Shown here one piece after another: positions 56,430 through 64,000 of a stretch of DNA of 64,000 bases. The first letter of the stretch is position 1. Every line of letters begins with the position of its first letter. The translations under genes were made by a program, and so were the position numbers. The notes under the pieces are model-generated. The model saw only the letters and a program-made list of their open reading frames with translations. It made no database searches and had not been told where the DNA came from. The DNA lies in the NCBI GenBank assembly GCA_011390575.1, contig JAABSE010000011.1, positions 102 to 64,101 of the forward strand. Direction: 5' to 3'. This DNA is from Sphingobacteriia bacterium. Its GTDB lineage: Bacteria > Bacteroidota > Bacteroidia > Bacteroidales > UBA7960.

Positions 56430-57326
56430 TTAATTCTTGTTGCTCAGTTTGAAAAGAATCTCTTTTTCTTCACTGGTCAGGCTCTGGTAGCCGTGCTGTG
56501 AAATCTTGTCAAGGATCTGATCCATCCTTTTCTGATTTTCTGCTTTTTGTCGGTTGTATTCCTCGTCGCTGACAGGTTTCTTGCTGCGGTATTCCACCCG
56601 CATGGTTGGTCTGGGTTTGAATATACTGCCTATTGCTCTTATCCAGGTACTTGCAAATTTACCGGGATCTTTGCCTTTTTTCAGAAGCATGATATACAAA
56701 AATCCCCAAAGAGCGCCTCCCAGGTGAGCCAGGTGTCCGCCTGAATTGCCTTTATCAATGCTCAGCAAGTCTACCACTACAAAAAATACTGCAATATATT
56801 TCAGCTTAATCCTTCCAATCAGAATAAGGGGAAGTTCGTAGTTAGGCATATAGGAGGCAATAGCAATAAAAATGGCCAGAACAGATGCTGAAGCCCCGAT
56901 GGCCACGGCTAAATTCTTGTCCTCGTTGAAAACCGGGAATAAATTGTAAGCCAGAATAAAAAACAGGGCACCAAAAAGACCACCAATAATATAAGTGCCG
57001 GTCAGGCGATTTTCTCCCAGGAAATCTCTGAACAACCGTCCTCCAATATACAGCATAAACATATTGAAGAAGATATGGAAAAAATCGAAATGCAAAAACA
57101 TGTAAGTGAAAAGTGTCCAGGGGCGGGTAATCAGTGTGTCAGCATTTGAGGGCACCCCAAACCAGTTGATAATGCCACTGTAGGCTGATGGGGCATCGAA
57201 GAGGAAAAAGAGTACACGGATGATTCCTACCAACACGAAAATGGCTACATTGATGCCGATAAGGCGCGAAAGCACCGAACCCCGGGCAAAAAAATCGCGT
57301 ATCTCACTGAAAATTGATGAATGCAT
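56430..57326 (-). CDS. rhomboid-family intramembrane serine protease
   Basis: Motifs HFDFFHIFFNM, catalytic GASASV and AHLGGALWG. Soluble C-terminal tail. Confidence 0.85.
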   Translation of the reverse strand: MHSSIFSEIRDFFARGSVLSRLIGINVAIFVLVGIIRVLFFLFDAPSAYSGIINWFGVPSNADTLITRPWTLFTYMFLHFDFFHIFFNMFMLYIGGRLFRDFLGENRLTGTYIIGGLFGALFFILAYNLFPVFNEDKNLAVAIGASASVLAIFIAIASYMPNYELPLILIGRIKLKYIAVFFVVVDLLSIDKGNSGGHLAHLGGALWGFLYIMLLKKGKDPGKFASTWIRAIGSIFKPRPTMRVEYRSKKPVSDEEYNRQKAENQKRMDQILDKISQHGYQSLTSEEKEILFKLSNKN

Positions 57327-57465
57327 ATTGTCTCCTTTATTTTATCTTTTTAGCAACGTGGTAAAGCTTGTAAAAGTATCTGTCTGCTTTCATTTCCTTC
57401 AACGGAATTTGCTGTTTTTATTGTCCCAATCCGGTTAACCGATTCGAAAAGGCATCAAGGAAAAT

Positions 57466-58305
57466 TTAATACAGCTTCCCCTTGCTTTTCCAGTAACGTA
57501 TGAGCAGGTAACCGAAAAGCATTCCGCCCAGGTGAGCAAAGTGCGCCACATTGCTTCCCGGACGTGAAATCCCAAAGTATAATTCCATGGCACCATAAGC
57601 AATAACAAAATATTTGGCTTTGATAGGAATGGCAAAGAAAAGATATATCAATGAATTGGGGAAAAGCATACCAAATGCAAGCAGAATACCAAATACTGCA
57701 CCCGATGCACCAACTACAACCGGCAGATTCAGAAAGTCAATTTTATATTGATTGAGAAAGTTTACGGCTCTGACCATGGCCTGGTTGGGGGCATCATTGA
57801 TCAGGCTGTTATAATCTCTCAAAAACAGCCTGAAATTATTGTTGATTTCCTGTGAACCGATTTTGAAATACTCTGATTCAAGAAACATTTTCAGGCTTTC
57901 GGGGTCGGGATTGTTGAGCACTTCGTTTATGGCTCTCAATGTTGGGAGCATTTGCCAGTATAGGATGGCATAATGCAGCAAAGCTGCCCCCAGGCCTGTA
58001 ACGATGTAATAAAGCAGAAATCTTTTGGGACCCCATACATTTTCCAGTACATTTCCAAACATCCACAGGGCAAACATGTTGAAAAACAAGTGCGTAGGGC
58101 TCCCGTGCATAAACATGTAGGAGATAAACTGATAGGGTGCAAAATTCTGGGATCCGGGAAAGTGTAACCCCAGTATTCTGTAAAGGTCAATACCGAAGGA
58201 GTTGCCCAGGGCGATGGTGGCCAGGTAAAACAAGCCATTGATTATCAAAAGATTCTTTACGATGGGGGGAAGTAATGTAAAACCTCCTGGCCTGAATTGT
58301 TGCAT
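57466..58305 (-). CDS. rhomboid-family intramembrane serine protease (second copy, with a ~60-aa inserted loop)
   Basis: Motifs HGSPTHLFFNM, catalytic GASGAVFG and AHLGGMLFG. The hydrophilic insert ...NEVLNNPDPESLKMFLESEYFKIG... lies before the Ser helix. Confidence 0.85.
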   Translation of the reverse strand: MQQFRPGGFTLLPPIVKNLLIINGLFYLATIALGNSFGIDLYRILGLHFPGSQNFAPYQFISYMFMHGSPTHLFFNMFALWMFGNVLENVWGPKRFLLYYIVTGLGAALLHYAILYWQMLPTLRAINEVLNNPDPESLKMFLESEYFKIGSQEINNNFRLFLRDYNSLINDAPNQAMVRAVNFLNQYKIDFLNLPVVVGASGAVFGILLAFGMLFPNSLIYLFFAIPIKAKYFVIAYGAMELYFGISRPGSNVAHFAHLGGMLFGYLLIRYWKSKGKLY

Positions 58306-58478
58306 AGAAAAAATGTTTATAAACGAAAATCTAACAAGGATGCAGGGACTATGTTTGTAATGAATAAAAAAATACGGGTTTCAAGAGTTTATAATCCCCG
58401 GATTATAAAGTCGCACTCTGTCAGTAGACCGGCAAAATTACGATTTTTGTTAAATAATTAATCTCAAAACGCAAGGTA

Positions 58479-60344
58479 CTATTTAAATTTATCCCCTATT
58501 TCATCCATTCCCAGCATATGGAGGGTAGGTTTTCCTGCAGGGGTTTGAAAAGGCATTTCGCAAGAGAACAATTCATCGGTCAGCGCATTCATCTCTTCGG
58601 TGGATAAAGCTTTACCTGTTTTCACTGCAAGGCTTTTGGCCAGCGACCGGGCCAGATTCACCCTGGTGTCAAGCTTTACACTGGCATCGTTTTTCTTAAA
58701 GTTTTCCAGAATAGACTCCATGATCAGTTGCAGATTTTCGTTGTCTGCCAAATCAGTGGGTACTGCATTGATCATGTATGAGTTGTGACTAAAATCGCTG
58801 ATGTCGAATCCCAGGGCGGCGATTTCCGGTCGTATTTCTTTGAGCAGCTCTGCCTCGGGTTCAGAGAGTTTAATTTGCTCGGGATACAATAGAGTTTGGG
58901 AGGACGCTTTCCTGTTCTCAAGCATCCTGAGGTGTTTCTCAAATAGTATCCTCTCGTGTGCCCGCTGCTGGTCTATAACCATCAGTCCTGACTTTATAGA
59001 AGTTAGGATATATCTGCCGTGCAGGTGCATAAATTTCTTTCCCTGTGGCTTATCCTGGCTTTCCTGCCAGTCGGGGCTGATGATGGTTTGTTGAGATACC
59101 GGTTGCTCCTGCTCAGTTATATGCTGTCTGCTTCTCTGGCCGGAAGAGGTGGAAGGCGGGGGAAATAGTTTCTCCCATTGTTGCGGATTCGCCCGGGTGG
59201 TGAGATTTTTTCCGGCCCTGGAGGAGCTTTTCTCCGGTTCGAAAGGATTGAATTCGGGATTTACATCAATGGTGGGAGCAACCACAGGTTTGGTTTTGTC
59301 GAATTTTACGTCGTCAAAGGCGGTTTCGCGCTCAAAGTCCAGGCTGGGAACGATATTAAACTTTCCCAGGCTGCGCTTTACGGCAGCTTTGATGATTTGG
59401 TAAATAAACTTTTCATCCTGGAACTTAATTTCTGTTTTGGTAGGATGCACGTTTACATCAATCTGTGCCGGGTCTATCTGCATAAAAAGGAAAAAGGCAG
59501 GGTAGGCATCATTGGGGATGAGTTCTTCAAAACCGTTTTCTACGGCATGGTTGAGATACGGCGATTTGATGAATCTGTTATTGACAAAAAAGTACTGGTC
59601 TGACTTTCGTTTTTTTGCAAATTCGGGTTTGAGGATGTATCCCTGAATGCTTACGATTTGTGTATCTTCCTCGATAGGTATCAGACGTGGCTTGTAATGG
59701 CTGCCAAAAAGACTGATAATCCGGCTTCCAAGGTTGCCAGTTGGTGCCTGCGTAACGAGTTGATTGTTATGGTAATAGCTGAATGCCGTTTGTGGGTGGG
59801 CCAGTGCCACCCTTACAAACTCATTGAATACATGGGCTTTTTCTACGTTGTCGGTTTTAAGAAAATTACGGCGGGCGGGTGTATTAAAAAACAGGTTTTT
59901 CACTGCGATGGTTGTCCCTTTGGGTGCCTGGCATTGATGCTGCGACTCAAGCTTCGAGCCTTCCATGATCATCTCTGTTGCCAGCGGAGTATCTTCGGTG
60001 CGTGTTTTCAGTTCTACACGCGCTACCGAAGCGATGGAGGCCAGCGCTTCGCCTCTGAAACCCATGGTGGTAAGTGCCCATAAATCGCGGGCATTGGTGA
60101 TTTTGCTGGTAGCATGACGTTCAAAGCACATGCGTGCGTCAGTTTCCGACATCCCTTTGCCATTGTCTGTTACCTGAATCAGGGTGCGTCCTGCATCCTT
60201 AACAATGAGCTTGATATCGGTTGCCCCTGCATCGATGGAGTTTTCAAGCAGCTCCTTTACTACGGATGCAGGTCGTTGTACTACTTCTCCTGCAGCAATC
60301 TGGTTGGCAACTGAATCGGGAAGAAGTTTGATGATATCTGACAT
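58479..60344 (-). CDS. mutL: DNA mismatch repair protein MutL
   Basis: GHL ATPase motifs ...VVKELLENSIDAGA..., ...DNGKGM... and ...GFRGEALASI... C-terminal dimerisation domain ...HAAHERILFE-like (QRAHERILFEK). Confidence 0.95.
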   Translation of the reverse strand: MSDIIKLLPDSVANQIAAGEVVQRPASVVKELLENSIDAGATDIKLIVKDAGRTLIQVTDNGKGMSETDARMCFERHATSKITNARDLWALTTMGFRGEALASIASVARVELKTRTEDTPLATEMIMEGSKLESQHQCQAPKGTTIAVKNLFFNTPARRNFLKTDNVEKAHVFNEFVRVALAHPQTAFSYYHNNQLVTQAPTGNLGSRIISLFGSHYKPRLIPIEEDTQIVSIQGYILKPEFAKKRKSDQYFFVNNRFIKSPYLNHAVENGFEELIPNDAYPAFFLFMQIDPAQIDVNVHPTKTEIKFQDEKFIYQIIKAAVKRSLGKFNIVPSLDFERETAFDDVKFDKTKPVVAPTIDVNPEFNPFEPEKSSSRAGKNLTTRANPQQWEKLFPPPSTSSGQRSRQHITEQEQPVSQQTIISPDWQESQDKPQGKKFMHLHGRYILTSIKSGLMVIDQQRAHERILFEKHLRMLENRKASSQTLLYPEQIKLSEPEAELLKEIRPEIAALGFDISDFSHNSYMINAVPTDLADNENLQLIMESILENFKKNDASVKLDTRVNLARSLAKSLAVKTGKALSTEEMNALTDELFSCEMPFQTPAGKPTLHMLGMDEIGDKFK

Positions 60345-60366
60345 GTATAAAGGAGAAAGTTCAGGT

Positions 60367-60645
60367 TTAGGTTAGAAAGATGTAATAAAAAACTATGCCG
60401 ATAACAAGCAGAATGGCCAGTACCCTGAGGTTGGCGTTTTTCTGTGCTGTTTGGGGGCTGTTGCGTTTCCAGCGCAACTCCATGCGCTCGCGCAAGGCTT
60501 CCGCGTATTCTTTGTCTGTTTCTTCAAAGGCCGTTTTCAGCCGTTTGTTACGCTCTTCCTTTGCTTTGTCCCAGTATACGGGCTTATAATTGTACTGCTT
60601 GTTTTTGTTTGTTTTAAAAAATGTAAGTGCCATATTATCCTCCAA
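60367..60645 (-). CDS. small tail-anchored membrane protein, hypothetical
   Basis: 92 aa. The N-terminal part is basic and coiled. The C-terminal TM helix is LRVLAILLVIGIVFYYIFL. It ends 22 nt upstream of mutL. Confidence 0.45.
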   Translation of the reverse strand: MEDNMALTFFKTNKNKQYNYKPVYWDKAKEERNKRLKTAFEETDKEYAEALRERMELRWKRNSPQTAQKNANLRVLAILLVIGIVFYYIFLT

Positions 60646-60765
60646 TCATTGTTTCGTACGTAAGCCCCGGTTTTTATTTCGTTTTCCTGAGTGCAAAGTT
60701 ACAAAATAATGGGCTTGCAAAAAACGGCATCCTGTCCCATATATCCTTAAAATCCATAGGGAAAC

Positions 60766-61548
60766 CTATTTAAGTCCAACAATGATTTTTTCCCTGTCAT
60801 CCACAAGAATTTTTCCATTCCTGAAGTGGCTTTTCAGCTCACTGGTATCCACCAGCTTCACGCTGAATCCGGCCCGCTTGATTCTGTCAATATAGTCAGC
60901 ACCATAAATACGAACATGGTCTTTCTGTCCGAAAACCCTTTCTCTCTCTTCTTTGGAGGTGACAGAAAAATCTTCAAAAGTAGCCTTCATTTTCCAGGAG
61001 ATGGGAACCTGCAAAATAGCTTCTCCTCCCGGTTTCAACACGCGGTAAATTTCCCTGAGGGCTTTTGCATCATCGGGGATATGTTCCAGCACATGGCTGA
61101 CAATAATCAGGTCAAAACGTGCATCGGCAAATGGTATTTTGGTCAGATCTATATACACCATCTTCCTGCAAAAGGGATATCTTTCCGTATCAATGTCTCC
61201 GCAGATGTAGTCAATATTGGGGTAGGATTGAAACACATGAGTGAAGGCCTCTTCGGGAGCAATATGCAATACACTGTAATTTTTTCTGGTGAAAACGCCC
61301 GTTTTTTCCAGGTAAGTGAATAACAGCTGTTGCCGCTTCCCGCTCATGCATACCGGGCAGTTGTCATGTTCCGAATAGCCACCTCCAATGATTTCCAGCT
61401 TTGTAAATAAATCTGATTCCACTCCGGATGGATGTAACAACCGCAAATGACTCTTGCATACATTGCAATAGTATTTGTTGCCGAAAAAGAACATCTTTTT
61501 GAGCAGGATTTTCAGGTTGCGGGGCAGTAGTTTTTTAACGAACATCAT
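60766..61548 (-). CDS. class I SAM-dependent methyltransferase
   Basis: Start at ATG 61548/61545 (MMFVKK...), which avoids an 86-nt overlap with the flippase gene. A Cys-rich N-terminus (CNVC...CPVC) is followed by ...VLHIAPE..., ...FDLIIVSHVLEHIPDD... and ...LKPGGEAIL... Confidence 0.7.
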   Translation of the reverse strand: MMFVKKLLPRNLKILLKKMFFFGNKYYCNVCKSHLRLLHPSGVESDLFTKLEIIGGGYSEHDNCPVCMSGKRQQLLFTYLEKTGVFTRKNYSVLHIAPEEAFTHVFQSYPNIDYICGDIDTERYPFCRKMVYIDLTKIPFADARFDLIIVSHVLEHIPDDAKALREIYRVLKPGGEAILQVPISWKMKATFEDFSVTSKEERERVFGQKDHVRIYGADYIDRIKRAGFSVKLVDTSELKSHFRNGKILVDDREKIIVGLK

Positions 61549-62986
61549 TTTCCAGCGTTTTTTCTTTGAAAGGCGAAAGGGGATAAGTAAGGGCAAAATA
61601 CAACAGAGCAAATACAACAAACTCCGCCCCGGCCAGTATAAACGGATGGTAAGCAGGAAGGTAAGGTTTTACTATTATGTGAATCAACACCTGAGCAACC
61701 ATGATGCCGGCAATAACCAGCAGGAATTTCCGGTTTTTGGGTGTGTGCAGATAATTGGATGAGGCAGACAGGTAATAAAAAACGAAAAGCACCAGATAGC
61801 TGAACAGGGTAGTATATGCCGCAATGGTATATGCCATTCTGGGAATGAGGTAAAGATTGAGCGATAGATTGACCATTGTGGCAATGAATACGCCCAGGTA
61901 CAGTAAACGCAACCGGTTGAAGAATTTCAGTTTGATGGATGAGAAATGGCACAAACCATCCAGCATAAATCCGAATGCTATCAGGGGAATAATGTGCCAT
62001 GCTTCGCGAAAATCAGGTCCCAGCAGCAGGGTGGCAATTTCCTGCGCATACAGCGAAATGTATACTGCCATGGGGAAAATGATATAAAAATACCATCGAA
62101 AAGTATTGGAAACATAGGTGTCGGTAGACTTCTTGTTCTTTTCAATATTGTTAATCAGATAGGGATTGAAGGCTGCATTGAGTACCGTGATGATGGCCAT
62201 TATACTCATCTGGCCCAGCATATAAGTTTGATTGTAAATTCCGGTTTTGTCGAGCCCGTGAAAGTGGTTGATGATCCATCGGTCGCTGGAAATGAGCAGG
62301 AAAGTAGCCAGCATGGTCAGGGTACCGGCAAATCCATAATTCACAAATCGCTTCAGATCGTTTCGGGCAATCACCGAAAAGTCAGGGAAAAGCGTAAAGC
62401 TGCTCCTGTAGAGTAGGAAAACCAGAAAAGCGGCATTCACCACGGCCGGAGCCAGGAAAAAGGCACTGATCCCGAAATCCAGTCCAAAAGTCAGTATCAG
62501 CAACAGGATAAATCCTCCGGCGGTGCGGGTGCTGTTTACGATATTGTAAAAACCCGAGCGTCCTTCAATCCGGTGGGTAATCATCAGGATGGTGATGAGC
62601 TCCTGGGTGAGAAGATTGGCAGCCCCGAAAAGGATTAATGGTTTAATGTTATTGTTGGGTGTAAGAAGAAACCAAATGGCGGTTACCAGCAGGATGGAAG
62701 CAGCAGAAATAATGAAAAATGCCGAAACGGCATGGTGAAACCGCTTTATGATTCCCCGTTTTTTATATTTCAGATAATATCGCCAGATGGAAGTGCGTAT
62801 CCATTCCAGCTTCAAAGCTGAGAGATATAGAAAAATCAGGTAAACCAATGTGTATTGTCCGTATTCTTCAGGACTGAAAACCCGGGTAAAAACAGGTGAG
62901 CGCAACAGCAATACCGCCATCGGCATGAAGGCTCCGGCAACATACCATAGTAAATCTTTCCTTATCCTGTCAGTACCGTATTGCAT
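61535..62986 (-). CDS. Wzx-like oligosaccharide/polysaccharide flippase
   Basis: 483 aa with ~12-14 TM helices. The composition and position next to a glycosyltransferase are typical of MOP-superfamily flippases. Confidence 0.75.
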   Translation of the reverse strand: MQYGTDRIRKDLLWYVAGAFMPMAVLLLRSPVFTRVFSPEEYGQYTLVYLIFLYLSALKLEWIRTSIWRYYLKYKKRGIIKRFHHAVSAFFIISAASILLVTAIWFLLTPNNNIKPLILFGAANLLTQELITILMITHRIEGRSGFYNIVNSTRTAGGFILLLILTFGLDFGISAFFLAPAVVNAAFLVFLLYRSSFTLFPDFSVIARNDLKRFVNYGFAGTLTMLATFLLISSDRWIINHFHGLDKTGIYNQTYMLGQMSIMAIITVLNAAFNPYLINNIEKNKKSTDTYVSNTFRWYFYIIFPMAVYISLYAQEIATLLLGPDFREAWHIIPLIAFGFMLDGLCHFSSIKLKFFNRLRLLYLGVFIATMVNLSLNLYLIPRMAYTIAAYTTLFSYLVLFVFYYLSASSNYLHTPKNRKFLLVIAGIMVAQVLIHIIVKPYLPAYHPFILAGAEFVVFALLYFALTYPLSPFKEKTLENDVR

Positions 62987-63042
62987 AGATTTTGTTGTTC
63001 TCTTTTGCTCAGTATCTATTATTCTTTAGGGGTCAGAGGTGA

Positions 63043-64000
63043 TTAACCTTCCGAATTGCTACTTATGGGAAGGGTTCTGGTTGACAACATCGTATGGTAA
63101 ATTGATTCCAGATGCCGTTCCATTTTTTCCCAGTTAAATTCTTTTTCATACAAATCCAGGCAGTTGCTCTTTTGTGTCTTGTAAAATAGGGTATCTGTCA
63201 TGAGTTTTTTCATGGCTTCCGCAATTTCAGGAACCTGTTCCGGATCAACGGCAATGCCTGTGTTGTATTGCCGGGTAATGTGCCCCATGTGCCCAACATT
63301 GCTGCATACGGCAGGCAATCCAAAGGCAATATACTCGAATGTTTTGATGGGCATGATGGTCTGGTTGACAAGCTGTTTGTTGAAGATGGCAATACCACAA
63401 CGGGAAGCATTGTACAGCTCCATCACCTGCCTGTAGGGCACCGGCGGCATTATTGTTACGAGGTCATCCAGATTGTTTTCTGCCAGGAATTGCGTCATAT
63501 CATCCTCCAGCCCTTCATCACAAATTACCCCAACCAGCAATAGTTTAACCGGGATGTCTTCACTCTTTAAAAGTTTTACGGCTTTCAGCATTTCCATGGC
63601 ACCCCGACGCCGGCGGATTCCTCCGGCATAAATAAAATCGTATTTTTTGTTCTTTGAGTCCTGAAAATCAGCCGCTCCGGTATCGCAATAATTGTAAATG
63701 ATTTCCACTTTTTTGTTTGGAAAGTGGTGGCGAAACTTTCCTGCCACATTTTCTTCTGTTGCAATGATCAGGTCGTGAACCACAGAAGTTTTCAGCTCCC
63801 AATGATGGATGTAACGGGCGTACAGCTTCATGAATTTCCTGAAAAGAAAACCCTTGTATTCACCATCGGCAATAGTAATGGGGTAGGGTTCATGCACGTC
63901 GTAAACAAGGAGGGGATTCTGTGGTAGAGTTTTTAGCTGCCGGGCAATTTTGTTGAGCTGCAAATCATGAAGATGGTATACATCGGCTTTCAATTCTGCA
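63043..64000 (-). CDS. GT4-family (GT-B fold) glycosyltransferase, N-terminus beyond the window
   Basis: The C-terminal domain shows the sugar-donor binding pattern (...FIYAGGIRRRRG..., ...PIKTFEYIAFGLPAV...). The reading frame is still open at nt 64000. Confidence 0.8.
   Translation of the reverse strand, partial: AELKADVYHLHDLQLNKIARQLKTLPQNPLLVYDVHEPYPITIADGEYKGFLFRKFMKLYARYIHHWELKTSVVHDLIIATEENVAGKFRHHFPNKKVEIIYNYCDTGAADFQDSKNKKYDFIYAGGIRRRRGAMEMLKAVKLLKSEDIPVKLLLVGVICDEGLEDDMTQFLAENNLDDLVTIMPPVPYRQVMELYNASRCGIAIFNKQLVNQTIMPIKTFEYIAFGLPAVCSNVGHMGHITRQYNTGIAVDPEQVPEIAEAMKKLMTDTLFYKTQKSNCLDLYEKEFNWEKMERHLESIYHTMLSTRTLPISSNSEG

Noticed and set aside
61535-61620. Apparent 86-nt overlap between the methyltransferase and flippase genes
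   Set aside because: This is an artefact of taking the longest ORF. The ATGs at 61548/61545 give a normal N-terminus (MMFVKK...) and a 5-8-nt spacer.

Overview
This is a 64-kb chromosomal segment with the hallmarks of a Bacteroidota genome. The signs are a T9SS C-terminal sorting domain on a 1462-aa S8 protease, a TonB-dependent receptor/lipoprotein locus, a TAnnTTTG-type promoter box in front of tRNA-His, and mutL followed by two rhomboid genes. I can support about 45 protein genes, 1 tRNA (His), several intrinsic terminators, two gene remnants and one intergenic repeat cluster. I saw no rRNA, CRISPR array, transposase, integrase or phage genes. Gene content in order: lplA, secreted hydrolases, an orphan CheB-type methylesterase, a cupin lipoprotein, fbaB, an AT-rich block of TonB_C/TPR proteins, and the giant T9SS protease. 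Next come an RND efflux operon, the repeat cluster, TspO-like and MobB-like genes, and an M28 peptidase. A central-metabolism block follows: a 1160-aa PPi-PEPCK-like gene, gdh, two large receiver/PPDK_N proteins, and a second gdh. After that come trmJ, an MscS channel, and a TonB-receptor locus with two OB-like lipoproteins and a divergent secreted nuclease-fold protein. The window ends with a hybrid histidine kinase, tRNA-His, the EEP-rhomboid-rhomboid-mutL block, and the start of a glycan-biosynthesis cluster. The most interesting item is the tandem pair of pseudo-REC + REC + PPDK_N ATP-grasp proteins. They lack any phosphohistidine or PEP/pyruvate domain and are bracketed by two glutamate dehydrogenase paralogs next to the PPi-PEPCK candidate. 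Other notable items are the inverted cluster of REP-like repeats with a 123-bp tandem duplication upstream of the RND operon, and the TonB-receptor/nuclease locus as a candidate extracellular nucleic-acid capture system. All family calls come from reading the translations and from memory of family motifs. No searches were run.
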